Positions 40,883 through 51,949 are shown, numbered from the stretch's first letter. The stretch is 64,000 nt of DNA from an uncultured Spirochaetota bacterium (GCA_963835575.1 CAWIGG010000004.1:288001-352000); one strand, 5' to 3'. The notes: generated by a model from the letters alone, not told the origin. Numbers and translations: made by a program.

Positions 40883-43402
40883 TTACTTAAAGAATTTCTT
40901 CAAGTCTTCTTCCTCTTTGCCCTGTTCGACAAGATAGAATTCTACACTATCATTAATCTGCCCGAATGGGAGTTCCAATTGTTCACAATGTTCAATGGTT
41001 TTTCTTTTCTTCTGCTCAGTCATAAAATTTAAAACTTTTTGCTTATATAATGTATCTGCATTTCCAGCCAAATGTTCGCCTTTGCTTTCAAGAATATAAA
41101 CTAATTCAAGTTTACAAGTATCATTTTTCTTTGCAGCTACAAAGTCGGGGCGGAGTTTGTATTCCTGCCATCCTTGGATAGAATACCAATTTCTTGAAAC
41201 CTTATTGCGGAACCACCAGAGTATTTTTTCCTGTTTGTCGAGAATATCACCAACTGTTTGTTCAAGCGTATTCATTGCAGAAAGGTCAACATCATCGAAA
41301 AGGTAATATTTATAGGGATTGGGCATACGTCCGACAACAATATAATCTTCTTCGGGTATTTTAAAACCAAGATCAGGGTCATCCGACACGGCAAGAATAA
41401 TTTTCTTTGTTTTTAGGTAATCAACAAAAAGTTTTTCTTCAAGTTTTACTTTTTCTTTTGAAAGCAGTTCGAACATAAAAGCGGATATATAACCGAAATT
41501 TTCTTCCACTTTTTCTTTCCCAATCCCGGCAATTAAAGCGTCAATATGGTTTGAAGCTAATTTTCGCGCAAAGAATGGGTTTTCTGTCAGTTCTGTATAA
41601 CGGCGTGTAAGGTAATCGATGTTGATTTCTTTTATACCATTTATTTCAGTTCTTTCTAACTTGGCTGTAACCATACTCGATTCATCAAGAGTAATAATAA
41701 TTGAATGACGTTCTTTTGTTTCTTCGCTGAATGAAGCTGAAAGACGATCAATGAAACCGTTAATCCGGAAAGAGGAAAAATCTATAAACGGTTTTATATC
41801 CAGTTCATAAGAAAAACGGTGTTTCCGTTCTCCTTCATCAATCATTACCCATACTGGAAGATAAAAAGCGCTTTCATATTTTGATTTAAATTCTTTACGG
41901 ATATTTACCTTTTTCGTTTTGTTTATTTCGTTGTTGTCGCTCACCTTTATTTTTGTAATTAAGTCTTCAAGTCCTTCGTTTTTAAATCCTGTATCAACTT
42001 TTTCCAGAATGGAGCGGGTGTCGCCCTTGGAATAATAGATATAACTTTCATCCAGTTCGGGAATACCCGTTTTTCGCGCAAAAGGCTGACGGAGAATCCG
42101 TCCTACAAGCTGGGTAATTCCGGTATCGGAATTGACATTTGGAATAATGCCGAGAATATACGCAAAGGAGCAGTCCCAACCCTCGCGGAGGGCTTCTTTA
42201 GTTATAAGATAGCGTATATTACAGTCCGGGGCGAAAAGGTTTTTATCTTCAATATCATTCTGCGCGCTTGTTTTTATGGCGATTTCATCCGGGTTTATTT
42301 CCAGTTCCTGCAAAAACTCCTTCACATCAAGGCTATGAACGCCGTGTTTGCCGCGCTGGTCTTTTCCCGTAGATTCCACCTGAATAAGCGCAATAGGTCT
42401 GATATAAAGTCCTGAGTCCTGGCGGTATTTGATAGTTCTTTTTTCCAGAGCGTCCCGGTGAGCTTTTATCTCCCTGAGCATGGATTTCCAGTCGTCTTCT
42501 TTACGGCCTGAAGGCGGAATAATGTGCATATCCAGCTTGACCATTTCCTCGTCTTTCAGTTCAAGGCCGGAAATGCTCACATGAATATTCATTTCCGCTT
42601 TCGGCGTAGCGGTTAGCCCGAGAATCATTTCCGGATTGAGCCCGTCAATGGTTTTACGCGCCATATCCGAAAAGACTTTGTGGATTTCATCAATGATAAT
42701 AAAAGGTTTTGAAAGGCGGATAGCGTTACCGAGGCTTGTTCGTACAACCGGCCCGATTTCAGTTAAGAGGTCGAGGTTCGGACAAATTTTTAAAAGTTCG
42801 GCATGAAGATCATACCGGTTATCGGAAGGAAAAAAGCTCTCAAAACCGCCAGAGTCCTGAAATACCTTAAGGGCTTCTTTGCCGTTCTGCCTGCTGATAG
42901 ACTGGATCATAACGAAAAGAACAACAAGGTTTTCCTCTATATCATTTGTGGTTAGTCTTTGCCCTTTTTCCAGTATCAGCGTCTTGTTTCCGCTGGCCTG
43001 GTCGAGGAGCTGGCGGAGCGGGTTAGCCTTATCCCGCAGTTTCTGTACCGTCTGTGAATAAATCGTTTCACTTGGGACAATCCAGACGACAAGTCCCGTC
43101 CGCTTACGGGCAAAAATAGTTTGATATTCGCGGATTGCTTCAACCGCCAGAAGGGTTTTACCGCCCCCCGTAGGCACTTTCATAATAATACGGGGATAGT
43201 ATTCATTAAGGCCGTTTGTACAGCGGTCTTTATATTCTTTATTTAAAGTCTGAAAAGTGGTTTGTACCCAGTTCAGCGTATGCCGCATTTCGGCAGGCAG
43301 GGCTTTCCGGGCCGTATCAAAAGCGTCTTTTGTTTCCCTTGCTTTGGAGTAAAAAGATTTAAGCTCCGATATTACCTTGACCTGGTAATTCTTGAGGAAC
43401 AC
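40883..43402 (-). CDS. res: Type III restriction enzyme Res subunit
   Basis: PTGGGKT, DEIH, TATP, LREGWD, QLVGRILR, C-terminal PD..ESK nuclease. Confidence 0.9.
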   Translation of the reverse strand: MFLKNYQVKVISELKSFYSKARETKDAFDTARKALPAEMRHTLNWVQTTFQTLNKEYKDRCTNGLNEYYPRIIMKVPTGGGKTLLAVEAIREYQTIFARKRTGLVVWIVPSETIYSQTVQKLRDKANPLRQLLDQASGNKTLILEKGQRLTTNDIEENLVVLFVMIQSISRQNGKEALKVFQDSGGFESFFPSDNRYDLHAELLKICPNLDLLTEIGPVVRTSLGNAIRLSKPFIIIDEIHKVFSDMARKTIDGLNPEMILGLTATPKAEMNIHVSISGLELKDEEMVKLDMHIIPPSGRKEDDWKSMLREIKAHRDALEKRTIKYRQDSGLYIRPIALIQVESTGKDQRGKHGVHSLDVKEFLQELEINPDEIAIKTSAQNDIEDKNLFAPDCNIRYLITKEALREGWDCSFAYILGIIPNVNSDTGITQLVGRILRQPFARKTGIPELDESYIYYSKGDTRSILEKVDTGFKNEGLEDLITKIKVSDNNEINKTKKVNIRKEFKSKYESAFYLPVWVMIDEGERKHRFSYELDIKPFIDFSSFRINGFIDRLSASFSEETKERHSIIITLDESSMVTAKLERTEINGIKEINIDYLTRRYTELTENPFFARKLASNHIDALIAGIGKEKVEENFGYISAFMFELLSKEKVKLEEKLFVDYLKTKKIILAVSDDPDLGFKIPEEDYIVVGRMPNPYKYYLFDDVDLSAMNTLEQTVGDILDKQEKILWWFRNKVSRNWYSIQGWQEYKLRPDFVAAKKNDTCKLELVYILESKGEHLAGNADTLYKQKVLNFMTEQKKRKTIEHCEQLELPFGQINDSVEFYLVEQGKEEEDLKKFFK

Positions 43403-43404
43403 TG

Positions 43405-45039
43405 CTAAACCCCCGGACGCTGAAATAGGTTATAGGGTATGCCGACGTATTCAATATTTTTCTCTCTCATATAATCTTCTTCAAGGAAGCAGGCCGGGGC
43501 GTAAACAACAATCCGTTTTTTCTGATTTCCGGCGGCAATCTTTTCCGCAAGGCTTAAATTAAGCGCCATACGGGTTAGTTCTTCAAAGTCCTGTTTATAG
43601 ACAAGGTATATTACCATATCAGCGTGTTCACCGACAAAGTAAGTCTTTTCATTGATAGCAGTCTTGTTTTTCAGACTCTCGCCTGTACAGAGATAATACA
43701 CATACTCCGCAAACTGTTTGTATTCCGGTAATTTCCCGGATAATAGAGTTTCAGCGTCGATGGGAATGCCAACCCGGTAATACTGAAAGCCGGAATCATA
43801 ACCGTATTTCTCAATAGCCCGCTTGACCCGCTCGCGCGTTATGTCCTTGCAGATGTTTTTTTTAGGCTCTGAGGCAGTAGCTTCTGTCATTTGAATGAGA
43901 ATACACTTCCTTTTAATATTTTTATTTTCAATATTTAAATCCATAACAGCTTGCATAGTCGTACCCGAACCAGCAAATGAATCGAGAATGATATCATTAG
44001 GGTTTGAACATAATTGAATAATTCGTTTTATTAATCCAACTGGTTTAGGATTATCAAAAGGAGCATCAAAATCTGGAAACAATTCTTTCAGTTCTTTACG
44101 AGAACTATCTGTATGTCCAACCTCATCATATAACCAAATTGTTAGCGGAACAGTGCCTTTTTGAACTTCATTAAAATATCTTTTTAATTGAGGCGCACCC
44201 AATCCATCTTTTCCAAAAAATACACGCCCTTTATCAATCCATTTTTTCATAGTTTCTTTATTAGTTAACCAACATCGTCCCTTTGTTGGATTATAATCCT
44301 TACCGGTATTTGGATTTTTTATTGGATAATCATAATCCGCCGAATAAGTTTTTACAGTTAAATTATCTGGACGCCAGAATCCTTTGCCATCACTACTATC
44401 AAATTTATAAAGTATATCTTGCTTCTCAGTACGTGGTAAAAGATTTCTCACCCAACCAGTTGAATTACCATTAATTAATTTCTTTTTTGCATAACAAATG
44501 ATAAAATCATGATTATCAGAAAAATATTTTGCATCGTTTGAAGCCGCGTATTTTTTTTGCCATATAATATTTGTAATAAAATTTTCATCACCAAAAAGCT
44601 CATCCAAAACCATACGAAGTGTATGTTGTTCATTATCATCTATTGAAATAAAAATTGCCCCATCATCCGATAGCAGTTCCCTTAAAAGTTTCAATCTTGG
44701 AACCATCATACAGAGCCATTTGTCGTGACGGGTCAGGTCATCCTTACCGACTTCCTTTCCCAGCCATTCTTTGAGCATAGGACTGTTCACATTGTCGTTA
44801 TAAATCCAGCCTTCGTTTCCCGTATTATACGGCGGGTCGATATAAATGCATTTGATTTTTCCGGCGTATTGCGGAAGCAGGGCCTTGAGAGCAAGAAGAT
44901 TATCCCCTTCGATAATTATGTTGCCGTCCGCTTTTTCTGACTGGAAGTTAAGTTTTTCAACCTCGTCCAGGGTATGGTATGGTATTGAAAGGTGGTGGTT
45001 CCAAATGATGTTCTTTCCTTTGAATTGCAGAGTGGGCAT
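43405..45039 (-). CDS. mod: Type III R-M Mod subunit (beta-class N6-adenine methyltransferase)
   Basis: IYIDPPYNTG, ISIDDNE, PKP, DSFAGSGTT. Confidence 0.93.
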   Translation of the reverse strand: MPTLQFKGKNIIWNHHLSIPYHTLDEVEKLNFQSEKADGNIIIEGDNLLALKALLPQYAGKIKCIYIDPPYNTGNEGWIYNDNVNSPMLKEWLGKEVGKDDLTRHDKWLCMMVPRLKLLRELLSDDGAIFISIDDNEQHTLRMVLDELFGDENFITNIIWQKKYAASNDAKYFSDNHDFIICYAKKKLINGNSTGWVRNLLPRTEKQDILYKFDSSDGKGFWRPDNLTVKTYSADYDYPIKNPNTGKDYNPTKGRCWLTNKETMKKWIDKGRVFFGKDGLGAPQLKRYFNEVQKGTVPLTIWLYDEVGHTDSSRKELKELFPDFDAPFDNPKPVGLIKRIIQLCSNPNDIILDSFAGSGTTMQAVMDLNIENKNIKRKCILIQMTEATASEPKKNICKDITRERVKRAIEKYGYDSGFQYYRVGIPIDAETLLSGKLPEYKQFAEYVYYLCTGESLKNKTAINEKTYFVGEHADMVIYLVYKQDFEELTRMALNLSLAEKIAAGNQKKRIVVYAPACFLEEDYMREKNIEYVGIPYNLFQRPGV

Positions 45040-45179
45040 AACCGGCTCCTTATATTTACCCGTCAGTAAAAAAAGTAAAAGCGCATCAATCTAATGGATA
45101 TTTTATAGTAAACTAATTTTAAATACAAAATTTTTTTAACTTTATTATATTTATTAATTATTCTGCATAAAATATCCGC

Positions 45180-45544
45180 TCCCGAGGCCATTTTCCTCCT
45201 GGCTATAATCTGTACATAAAATAACTCAATATCAAGTCGTGTTATCCGTTAGTATAATAATAGAAGAGAGGCACATGTTTTTGACAAGGATGTCAAAACC
45301 GACGCATAAAGCCACGCCCAGCACCACTTTGATTGCCTGTCCTCAAAGTGGTGCTGGGCAAGGACGGCGACATAAGGAGGCTATTTTATTAAGGAACCGT
45401 TTTTTAAAAACCGTATAACACACCTCCATACGATCCCGATTGCTTCGTATGAAAATGGCCTCGCCCTGTTTTCTTTCTTTAGCGCGATATTTCTTTCTTT
45501 TCGAAAAGAAAGAAATATCGCAAACCCCCGACAGCCTGTCGGGA
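45180..45544. repeat. Structured element (family C), copy 2, inverted relative to copy 1, with an extra hairpin
   Basis: Same palindrome and cgaggccattttc/gaaaatggcctcg stem; inserted gcccagcaccactttga..tcaaagtggtgctgggc hairpin. Confidence 0.85.
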
Positions 45545-45633
45545 AAAAAACCATTAAATTTTAATAAAAAGAAAAGACTTTGACTCCCGGCATCACTGCC
45601 GCCCGACCTGCCCCTCCGGCTGGCCGGAAAAAC

Positions 45634-46619
45634 CTATTCTTTAAACCATTTTGAGTTCGTCGAAATAAGATTTGTGCCCTTTTCCGAAATGATGAAGACA
45701 GGCAGTTTGTTACTGTCCGCGAAAGACAGACCTTTACTTAACCCCAAGACAAATATCCCCGTCGAGAGGGCGTCGGCATCTTCCGCGCTGGGCGACAGGA
45801 CAGTGACGCTCGTGATGCCGTTCATCGCGGGATAGCCGGTTTTGGGGTCGAGTATATGAAAATACCTGATTGAATTGGTAATGAAAAACCGCTCATAATC
45901 GCCGGATGTCGATACGGATTCGCCGTCCTTGAGCGTAATGATCTTATAGATTTCCCCGGGTTCCCTCGGGTGGCGTATGCCGATCTTCCATGGGGTATTG
46001 TCCGACTTTACGCCGAAAACCTTCAGGTTGCCGCCGGCGTTGACAATCCCCGCGGCAATATTTTTGTTCTGAAGGAATTCCACCATCCTGTCAACGGCAT
46101 AGCCCTTCAGAATGCCTCCCAGGTCTAATTGGGTATGGGACGGCATCTTTATCGTATTGGAAGTAAGGCGGATTGAGTGATAGCCGATAAAAGGCAGCGT
46201 TTGTTTGATAGAAGCCGGGCCCGGCAGGCGGTATTCCTGGTTGATAAAACCCCAGAGCTTTACCAGGGGAAATACGGTTATATCAAAAGCCCCGCCCGTT
46301 TTTTTTGAGAATAAAAGCGAATCCCGGATGATCCGGGTTTCTTCTTCATCCATTGACCGGGGCAGACTGCCGCTGTTCAATTGAAAAACAAAGGAGTTTG
46401 TAATAGTTGTGCTGTATTTGTTTTCCAGTTTCTCCGCGACGGCAAAAGCCTCATCCGCCGTTTTTCCGGCTGTTGAAGCGCCCAGATCGGTGTATAGGAC
46501 AATCTCGAACAATGTGTTCATAATAAAGCGCGTGAAGAAATATTTCGCCGTTCTTTTTTTTCGCATGATAAGAAGCTGATAAGTAATAACGATAAAAGGA
46601 TAAGAAAGGCTTTCTTCAT
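45634..46619 (-). CDS. apbE: FAD:protein FMN transferase lipoprotein; signal peptide out of frame at an A8 tract
   Basis: GAFDIT, DLGGILKGYAVD, STSGDYER, HILDP, ADALST; upstream MKKAFLILLSLLLISFLSC joins the ORF only with A9 at 46554-46561. Confidence 0.9.
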
Positions 46620-46867
46620 GACACTTCCATGCTTTTTGTTCTGACGCCTTTGATTATACCGAGGTCCTTTGAAAGTCCACTGATCTCCTTTTTTGTCCCG
46701 GCCAGATGCAGCAGAATCAGGCCTTCCTCGGAACAGCGGCTTCCGGCTTCATGCAGTCCGACGCGCATTTTGATGATGCAGCCGTGTTTTGTCAGTATTT
46801 CCTGGACCTTCACCGCTTCGCTCGTTCTTTTGTCCAGCAATAACGCCATGATAACGGTTTTTCCCAT
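46616..46867 (-). CDS. Small ACT/NikR-C-like protein (TM1266 / iron-only hydrogenase regulator-like)
   Basis: 'R...AVKVQEILTKHGCIIKMRVGLHE...GLILLHL'. Confidence 0.65.
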   Translation of the reverse strand: MGKTVIMALLLDKRTSEAVKVQEILTKHGCIIKMRVGLHEAGSRCSEEGLILLHLAGTKKEISGLSKDLGIIKGVRTKSMEVS

Positions 46868-46885
46868 AGGAGCCCCCTATTCACT

Positions 46886-47413
46886 TTATTCAGGCTTTGA
46901 TTCCTGCGCCGGCTCTTTCTTTTTATCCTTACTTTCCATAAACATCAGGATGATCAGGATAAAGAAACCCGCCATTATGTACAGATCGGCAAAATTAAAG
47001 ATGCCTGTCCTCAGGTAAGGCCCAATGCCGAGGTTCATGAAATCGATGACATGCCGGCCCGCTATAAACCGGTCGGTTATATTGCTCGCTCCGCCGGTAA
47101 ATATAAGTGCAAAGGCAATCACCTGCGAAGCGGGCATTTTTTTGGAAAAAAGGACATAAAAGAAAAGGAGCAGAAGGAACAACGCCGGAAGGAGCGTCAG
47201 CATGATAAAACCGGCTTCTTTGGGGAGCTTTTCGCCGAGGCTGAGGAACGCCCCCGTGTTTTCCGAATACTGTAGCCGGAAAGTATCAAAGAAGTAAGAA
47301 AAAGACATCCCGCCCGAAAGCTTTTCTTTAGCCTCGGCTTTTGTCGCATGGTCGACGATATAACCGGCCGAGAGAATGATAAAGAGAATAACTATTCTAT
47401 ATATTAAGCGCAT
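46886..47413 (-). CDS. lspA: Lipoprotein signal peptidase II
   Basis: DHATK, NTGAFLS, GGASNITDR, VIDF, FNFAD. Confidence 0.95.
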   Translation of the reverse strand: MRLIYRIVILFIILSAGYIVDHATKAEAKEKLSGGMSFSYFFDTFRLQYSENTGAFLSLGEKLPKEAGFIMLTLLPALFLLLLFFYVLFSKKMPASQVIAFALIFTGGASNITDRFIAGRHVIDFMNLGIGPYLRTGIFNFADLYIMAGFFILIILMFMESKDKKKEPAQESKPE

Positions 47414-47678
47414 ATAAACCCCTTGTTTAAATTTCCTTACGGGCAATAATTGTATAATGAAGACCGTTAATTGTCAAAAGATGCTTGATTTACCGCTGTA
47501 TTTACTCATACCTGAACCGTGGTCTATACTGATAAATTACCGGTTTTCCATATCCGAGCCCGGCTCATGGATAAGACAATCGATTGGAGGACCGGTGAAT
47601 CTTGATAAATTCTGTTTTTTTCAATATAATAAGAGTCTTATCATATAAGAATGGAAGTATCATAAAAAAGGGAATTCT

Positions 47679-49202
47679 ATGAAATATATCAGCACAAGGG
47701 GCAACTATCCGGCTATCTCCAGCGCGGAAGCGATTGTCCAGGGAATGGTCCCCCGGGGGGGCCTTTTTGTACCGGAAGAAATCCCTCAGCTTGATATCGA
47801 AAGGCTCAGGGGATTAAACTACCAGGGCATAGCCTATGAAGTGCTTAAGCCTTATCTCTGCTCGGACGGGAACTATTCAGAAGAAGAAATCAAAGGTTAT
47901 ATAGATTCAGCCTATAATCTCGATAAATTCGACGATGTAAAAGTGGCGCCTCTCCATTTTCTCGAGGATAACCTGGGGATCCTGGAACTCTGGCATGGGC
48001 CGACGGCTGCCTTTAAGGATATGGCCCTGCAGATAATGCCTTATTTTCTGACCGGCGGGGTTAAAATCCTCAACCGTAAAAATGAGATCGTGATCCTTGT
48101 CGCCACTTCCGGCGATACGGGAAAAGCGGCGCTGGAAGGATTCAAAGATGTGCCCGGAACAAGGATCATCGTCTTCTATCCGAAAGACGGCGTCAGCCAT
48201 ATCCAGGAAGTCCAGATGCTCACGACCGAGGGGAAAAACACGCATATTATCGGAGTCCAGGGAAATTTTGACGACTGCCAGAATTTAGCAAAGGATATTT
48301 TCTCGGATGCCGATTTTAATTCCCTTCTCCGCAAAAAGGGGTTCGAACTGTCCTCGGCCAATTCCATCAACTGGGGAAGGCTTGTGCCCCAGATCGCCTA
48401 TTACTTCTGGGCATATTTTCAAATGGTCGAAAAAAAGACGCTTTTTACAGGCGAAAAAATAGACGTCTGCGTTCCGACAGGTAATTTCGGCAATATACTG
48501 GCCGCCTATTACGCCGGCGAGATGGGCCTGCCTGTCCGCCGCCTTGTCTGCGCGTCCAATAAGAATAATGTGCTCTCGGAGTTCATTCAAACGGGCATTT
48601 ACAATAAAAAGAGGGAGTTTTATAAAACAAGCAGCCCTTCAATGGATATTCTCATTTCCTCCAATCTGGAGCGTTTTTTATTTTCCATATCCTCAAATAA
48701 TCCCCGGAAAATCCTCCGCTGGTATGAGGACCTTTCCCGGGACGGGCTGTTTAAAGTCGACGATTCCACCCGGCAGAGGCTTAAGAACACCCTGTACGGC
48801 GATTTTGCGACAGAGGAAGAAACCGCCGTCATGATAAAAAAAATATTCGAACAATACAGCTATCTGATTGACCCTCATACCGCGGTCGGCGTCAAGGTTT
48901 ACGAATCCTACCGTAAGACTGTAACAGATGCCGTGCCCGCTTTTATTTGCGGCACCGCCTCGCCTTATAAATTCAATTCGGCCGTATACAATGCCCTGAC
49001 CGGGAACGGCGCCGTAACGGACGAATTCGCCATTCTGCAGAAGCTTAAAAAAATCAGCGGGACTAAATTACCGCGGGCAGTGGAAGGCCTGGAACATTTG
49101 AAAATCCGGCGGAGCAGGGTTATTGAAATAAAAAAGGGAAGGGATGAAATCCTTCATATCTTAAAAGGCGGTAAAGGCCCGCGCCTCAGTCTCAAGAGCT
49201 AA
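47679..49202 (+). CDS. thrC: Threonine synthase
   Basis: YISTRG, HGPTAAFKD, ATSGDTG, NSINWGR, PTGNFGN. Confidence 0.97.
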   Translation: MKYISTRGNYPAISSAEAIVQGMVPRGGLFVPEEIPQLDIERLRGLNYQGIAYEVLKPYLCSDGNYSEEEIKGYIDSAYNLDKFDDVKVAPLHFLEDNLGILELWHGPTAAFKDMALQIMPYFLTGGVKILNRKNEIVILVATSGDTGKAALEGFKDVPGTRIIVFYPKDGVSHIQEVQMLTTEGKNTHIIGVQGNFDDCQNLAKDIFSDADFNSLLRKKGFELSSANSINWGRLVPQIAYYFWAYFQMVEKKTLFTGEKIDVCVPTGNFGNILAAYYAGEMGLPVRRLVCASNKNNVLSEFIQTGIYNKKREFYKTSSPSMDILISSNLERFLFSISSNNPRKILRWYEDLSRDGLFKVDDSTRQRLKNTLYGDFATEEETAVMIKKIFEQYSYLIDPHTAVGVKVYESYRKTVTDAVPAFICGTASPYKFNSAVYNALTGNGAVTDEFAILQKLKKISGTKLPRAVEGLEHLKIRRSRVIEIKKGRDEILHILKGGKGPRLSLKS

Positions 49203-49867
49203 TTTTGAGCCCTGTCCGGCGGGTCCTGCGGCTGTGATTGAACTTGATCTTCTGCCTGATCCTGAACTTTAACCGCTCCAAGCTTCCAGTAAATTTTTTT
49301 CAAAATCCAGACAGGTATAAAGGAAAAAAGAAGAAGCAGCGCTGAGAGCGTTATAAACACCGGGAAAGAAAGCGTCTTCTCAAAATACTGCGTGATGAAT
49401 TCCGGAAGGAATGAAAAAGGCCAGGTTAATAAGGCGGCGATTTTAAACCGTGAAATACTCCAGAGAAGCCCTCCGGCGCATAATGAAAAAAATAAAGGAA
49501 AAACAATCACATAGAGCACAAAGCCCTTCATATGAAAGAGCGTGGAAAATAGTTCTTTAAAATACTCAACGAAGGAACCCAGATAAATAATGTAAAGATA
49601 AGCGCAGAACAGCTGGACGGCAATATAAGACAACCCCAGGGCTTCCAGCGGAGGAAGAGAGCTGAGGAGCGGTATACCGCGGATAATATCGGAAAAATTC
49701 TTAATGGAAAAAACAAGGGTTAAGACTGCCGCAATCTGAAAGATAAAGATCAGCACCTTCAGAATAAAGCCGGCAAAGAGATTTTCATTCTGAGGCTTTC
49801 CCGATAAAGCGCTTTCCTCCAGCTTTCTATTATGGCCCGGATGAACTTTTATCTGATTCTCTTCCAT
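49199..49867 (-). CDS. Hypothetical membrane protein (about 4-5 TMs)
   Basis: Hydrophobic ORF with RBS, co-oriented with upstream genes. Confidence 0.7.
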   Translation of the reverse strand: MEENQIKVHPGHNRKLEESALSGKPQNENLFAGFILKVLIFIFQIAAVLTLVFSIKNFSDIIRGIPLLSSLPPLEALGLSYIAVQLFCAYLYIIYLGSFVEYFKELFSTLFHMKGFVLYVIVFPLFFSLCAGGLLWSISRFKIAALLTWPFSFLPEFITQYFEKTLSFPVFITLSALLLLFSFIPVWILKKIYWKLGAVKVQDQAEDQVQSQPQDPPDRAQN

Positions 49868-49894
49868 TCGCTTCTCCTGTCGGATTATTGCACT

Positions 49895-50725
49895 CTAAAA
49901 CGCGCTTTTGTATTCCAGTATTCTTTTTTCCAGGACTGTCATATCAAGATACTGCTTTTTTAATTCCTCCACTCTGGCCCTGTCTGTATTTTTTACAAAA
50001 TAAGCCACTTCATACTGGGGCGATAGCAGGGTCAACAGCGGCTTTAAAAGCGATATGTCTTCGACATCCAGGCGGAAATATTCCGCGTTTTCCTCGCTGA
50101 ATTTCTTAATTTTATCTTTTCCGTTCACTTCCTTATAACCGACCTGCGCCATAACGGCTTTCCTGTAAGCGCTTTTTGCCGCATCCAGCTCATTATTTAT
50201 ATCCACTGTTTCCAGCTCATCTTCCCAATCCTTCGGCATAAGCATAAAAACCCTCTGCCTCGCATCGTCTTTGTAGAATTCACCGGCAACCCACATTTTG
50301 TCATTTTTACGGATCATGCCTTTCATCAATATGACCTGGTCCCTCCCCAGCGCCATATAGGGGGCGACTTTGCCGATCAGATCAAAGGAAAGCATTCTTC
50401 TATATGCAAACTTATTGGTCTTGAGCCGGCAGTAGCTGTCGCTTTTGACAAAGATGAGATTATTAAAATACATTGACGGGCTGTAATAAACCGCTGTATC
50501 CAGGCTGACGGCGTTTTTGGCGCTTTGCGCGATGCTTTCGAAGAGTGAATTATAAAGGATCTTAATGATCAGTAAAACCGGCAGGATAAACAGCGCCAGT
50601 TTTCCAACCGCCAGGAACGCCTTGATCGCGCCGGAAATAAAATTCGAGCAGCGGGGGCACTCGCGGGTATTAAAAATACCGCCTTCAAAATGATTGCCGC
50701 AGTTATTGCAGACCCACCTTGCCAT
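49895..50725 (-). CDS. Hypothetical protein with N-terminal Zn ribbon (CNNC..CPRC) and one TM
   Basis: ORF with GGAG RBS directly after lysC. Confidence 0.7.
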   Translation of the reverse strand: MARWVCNNCGNHFEGGIFNTRECPRCSNFISGAIKAFLAVGKLALFILPVLLIIKILYNSLFESIAQSAKNAVSLDTAVYYSPSMYFNNLIFVKSDSYCRLKTNKFAYRRMLSFDLIGKVAPYMALGRDQVILMKGMIRKNDKMWVAGEFYKDDARQRVFMLMPKDWEDELETVDINNELDAAKSAYRKAVMAQVGYKEVNGKDKIKKFSEENAEYFRLDVEDISLLKPLLTLLSPQYEVAYFVKNTDRARVEELKKQYLDMTVLEKRILEYKSAF

Positions 50726-50737
50726 AATTTCTCCCTT

Positions 50738-51949
50738 TTATTCTCCAAAGAAACGTTTGTGGAGAAGCCTTATCGTATCATCCGCTTTATCTTTCCCGAT
50801 GACGACGGAAATTTTTATTTCAGAAGTGGATATCATCTCGATATTGATCTTCGCTTTCGCCAGTTCGTCAAAAACAGCGGCCGCGACACCCGCATGGATC
50901 CTCATACCGATGCCGACTACCGAAACAATAGCGATATCGTCATCATAAGACACATCTTCAGCCTTAAGTTCTTTTTTCAATCCTTCCATTATTTTTTTTG
51001 TATCAATCATATCGGTCGAGAGGACCGTAAATGAAATCTGGCTTTTAGAATCGCGGCCCAGGCTCTGGACGATCATATTCACATTGATGTTGGATTCTGC
51101 CAGCTTTTTAAAAATACTGGCGGCCACTCCCGGCTGGTCGGGTATGCCGGATATATTCACGCGAGTTTCGTCTGTTTTTTTCGCTATTCCTGTTATAACT
51201 AAATCTTCCATATCCTTATTCTCCTTTACTACTAAAGTTCCTTCGTTTTCCACAAAGGTGGAAACAACCCTCAGCGGCACGCCGTATTTCATGGCAAAAA
51301 TAACCGAACGGTCATGCAGGACCTTGGCGCCCATGGAAGCAAGCTCAAGCATTTCGTCATGAGTAATCCGGGCAAGCTTCTTCGCGTTCTTTACGATCCT
51401 GGGATCGGCGGTGTAAACGCCGTCAACATCCGTGTAGATATCGCAGTAGTCCGCCTTCAGGGCCGCCGCCACAGCCACGGCCGTCGTATCGGAACCGCCT
51501 CTGCCGAGCGTGGTGATATTTCCCTCTCCATCGATCCCCTGAAAGCCCGCAACCACGACAATCCTGCCGTCTTTCAGGGCCTTCTGGATTTTTTCCGTGT
51601 TGATGTCCAGAATTTTAGCTTTTGTAAAATCCGCGGTTGTCTTTATCCCGATCTGCGCGGCATTATAGGAAATCGCGTCCACTCCCAGATTATGAATGGC
51701 TATGGAAAGAAGGGCGATTGATACCTGTTCTCCTGTCGAGACCATCATATCCATTTCCCTTTTTGAAGGATTCGGGGACAATTGCTTTCCGAGATTGATA
51801 AGATAATCCGTCGCGCCGCTCATGGCGGACACAACGACAACAACATCATTTCCCTTGCTTTTTGTTTTGACCACTTTTTCGGCCACTTTTTTTATCCTCT
51901 CCACATCGCCGACGGATGTGCCGCCGAACTTCTGAACTACCAATGCCAC
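50738..51949 (-). CDS. lysC: Aspartate kinase (GTG start)
   Basis: VQKFGGTSV, TLGRGGSDTTA, two ACT domains, ISTSEIKIS. Confidence 0.97.
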   Translation of the reverse strand: MALVVQKFGGTSVGDVERIKKVAEKVVKTKSKGNDVVVVVSAMSGATDYLINLGKQLSPNPSKREMDMMVSTGEQVSIALLSIAIHNLGVDAISYNAAQIGIKTTADFTKAKILDINTEKIQKALKDGRIVVVAGFQGIDGEGNITTLGRGGSDTTAVAVAAALKADYCDIYTDVDGVYTADPRIVKNAKKLARITHDEMLELASMGAKVLHDRSVIFAMKYGVPLRVVSTFVENEGTLVVKENKDMEDLVITGIAKKTDETRVNISGIPDQPGVAASIFKKLAESNINVNMIVQSLGRDSKSQISFTVLSTDMIDTKKIMEGLKKELKAEDVSYDDDIAIVSVVGIGMRIHAGVAAAVFDELAKAKINIEMISTSEIKISVVIGKDKADDTIRLLHKRFFGE

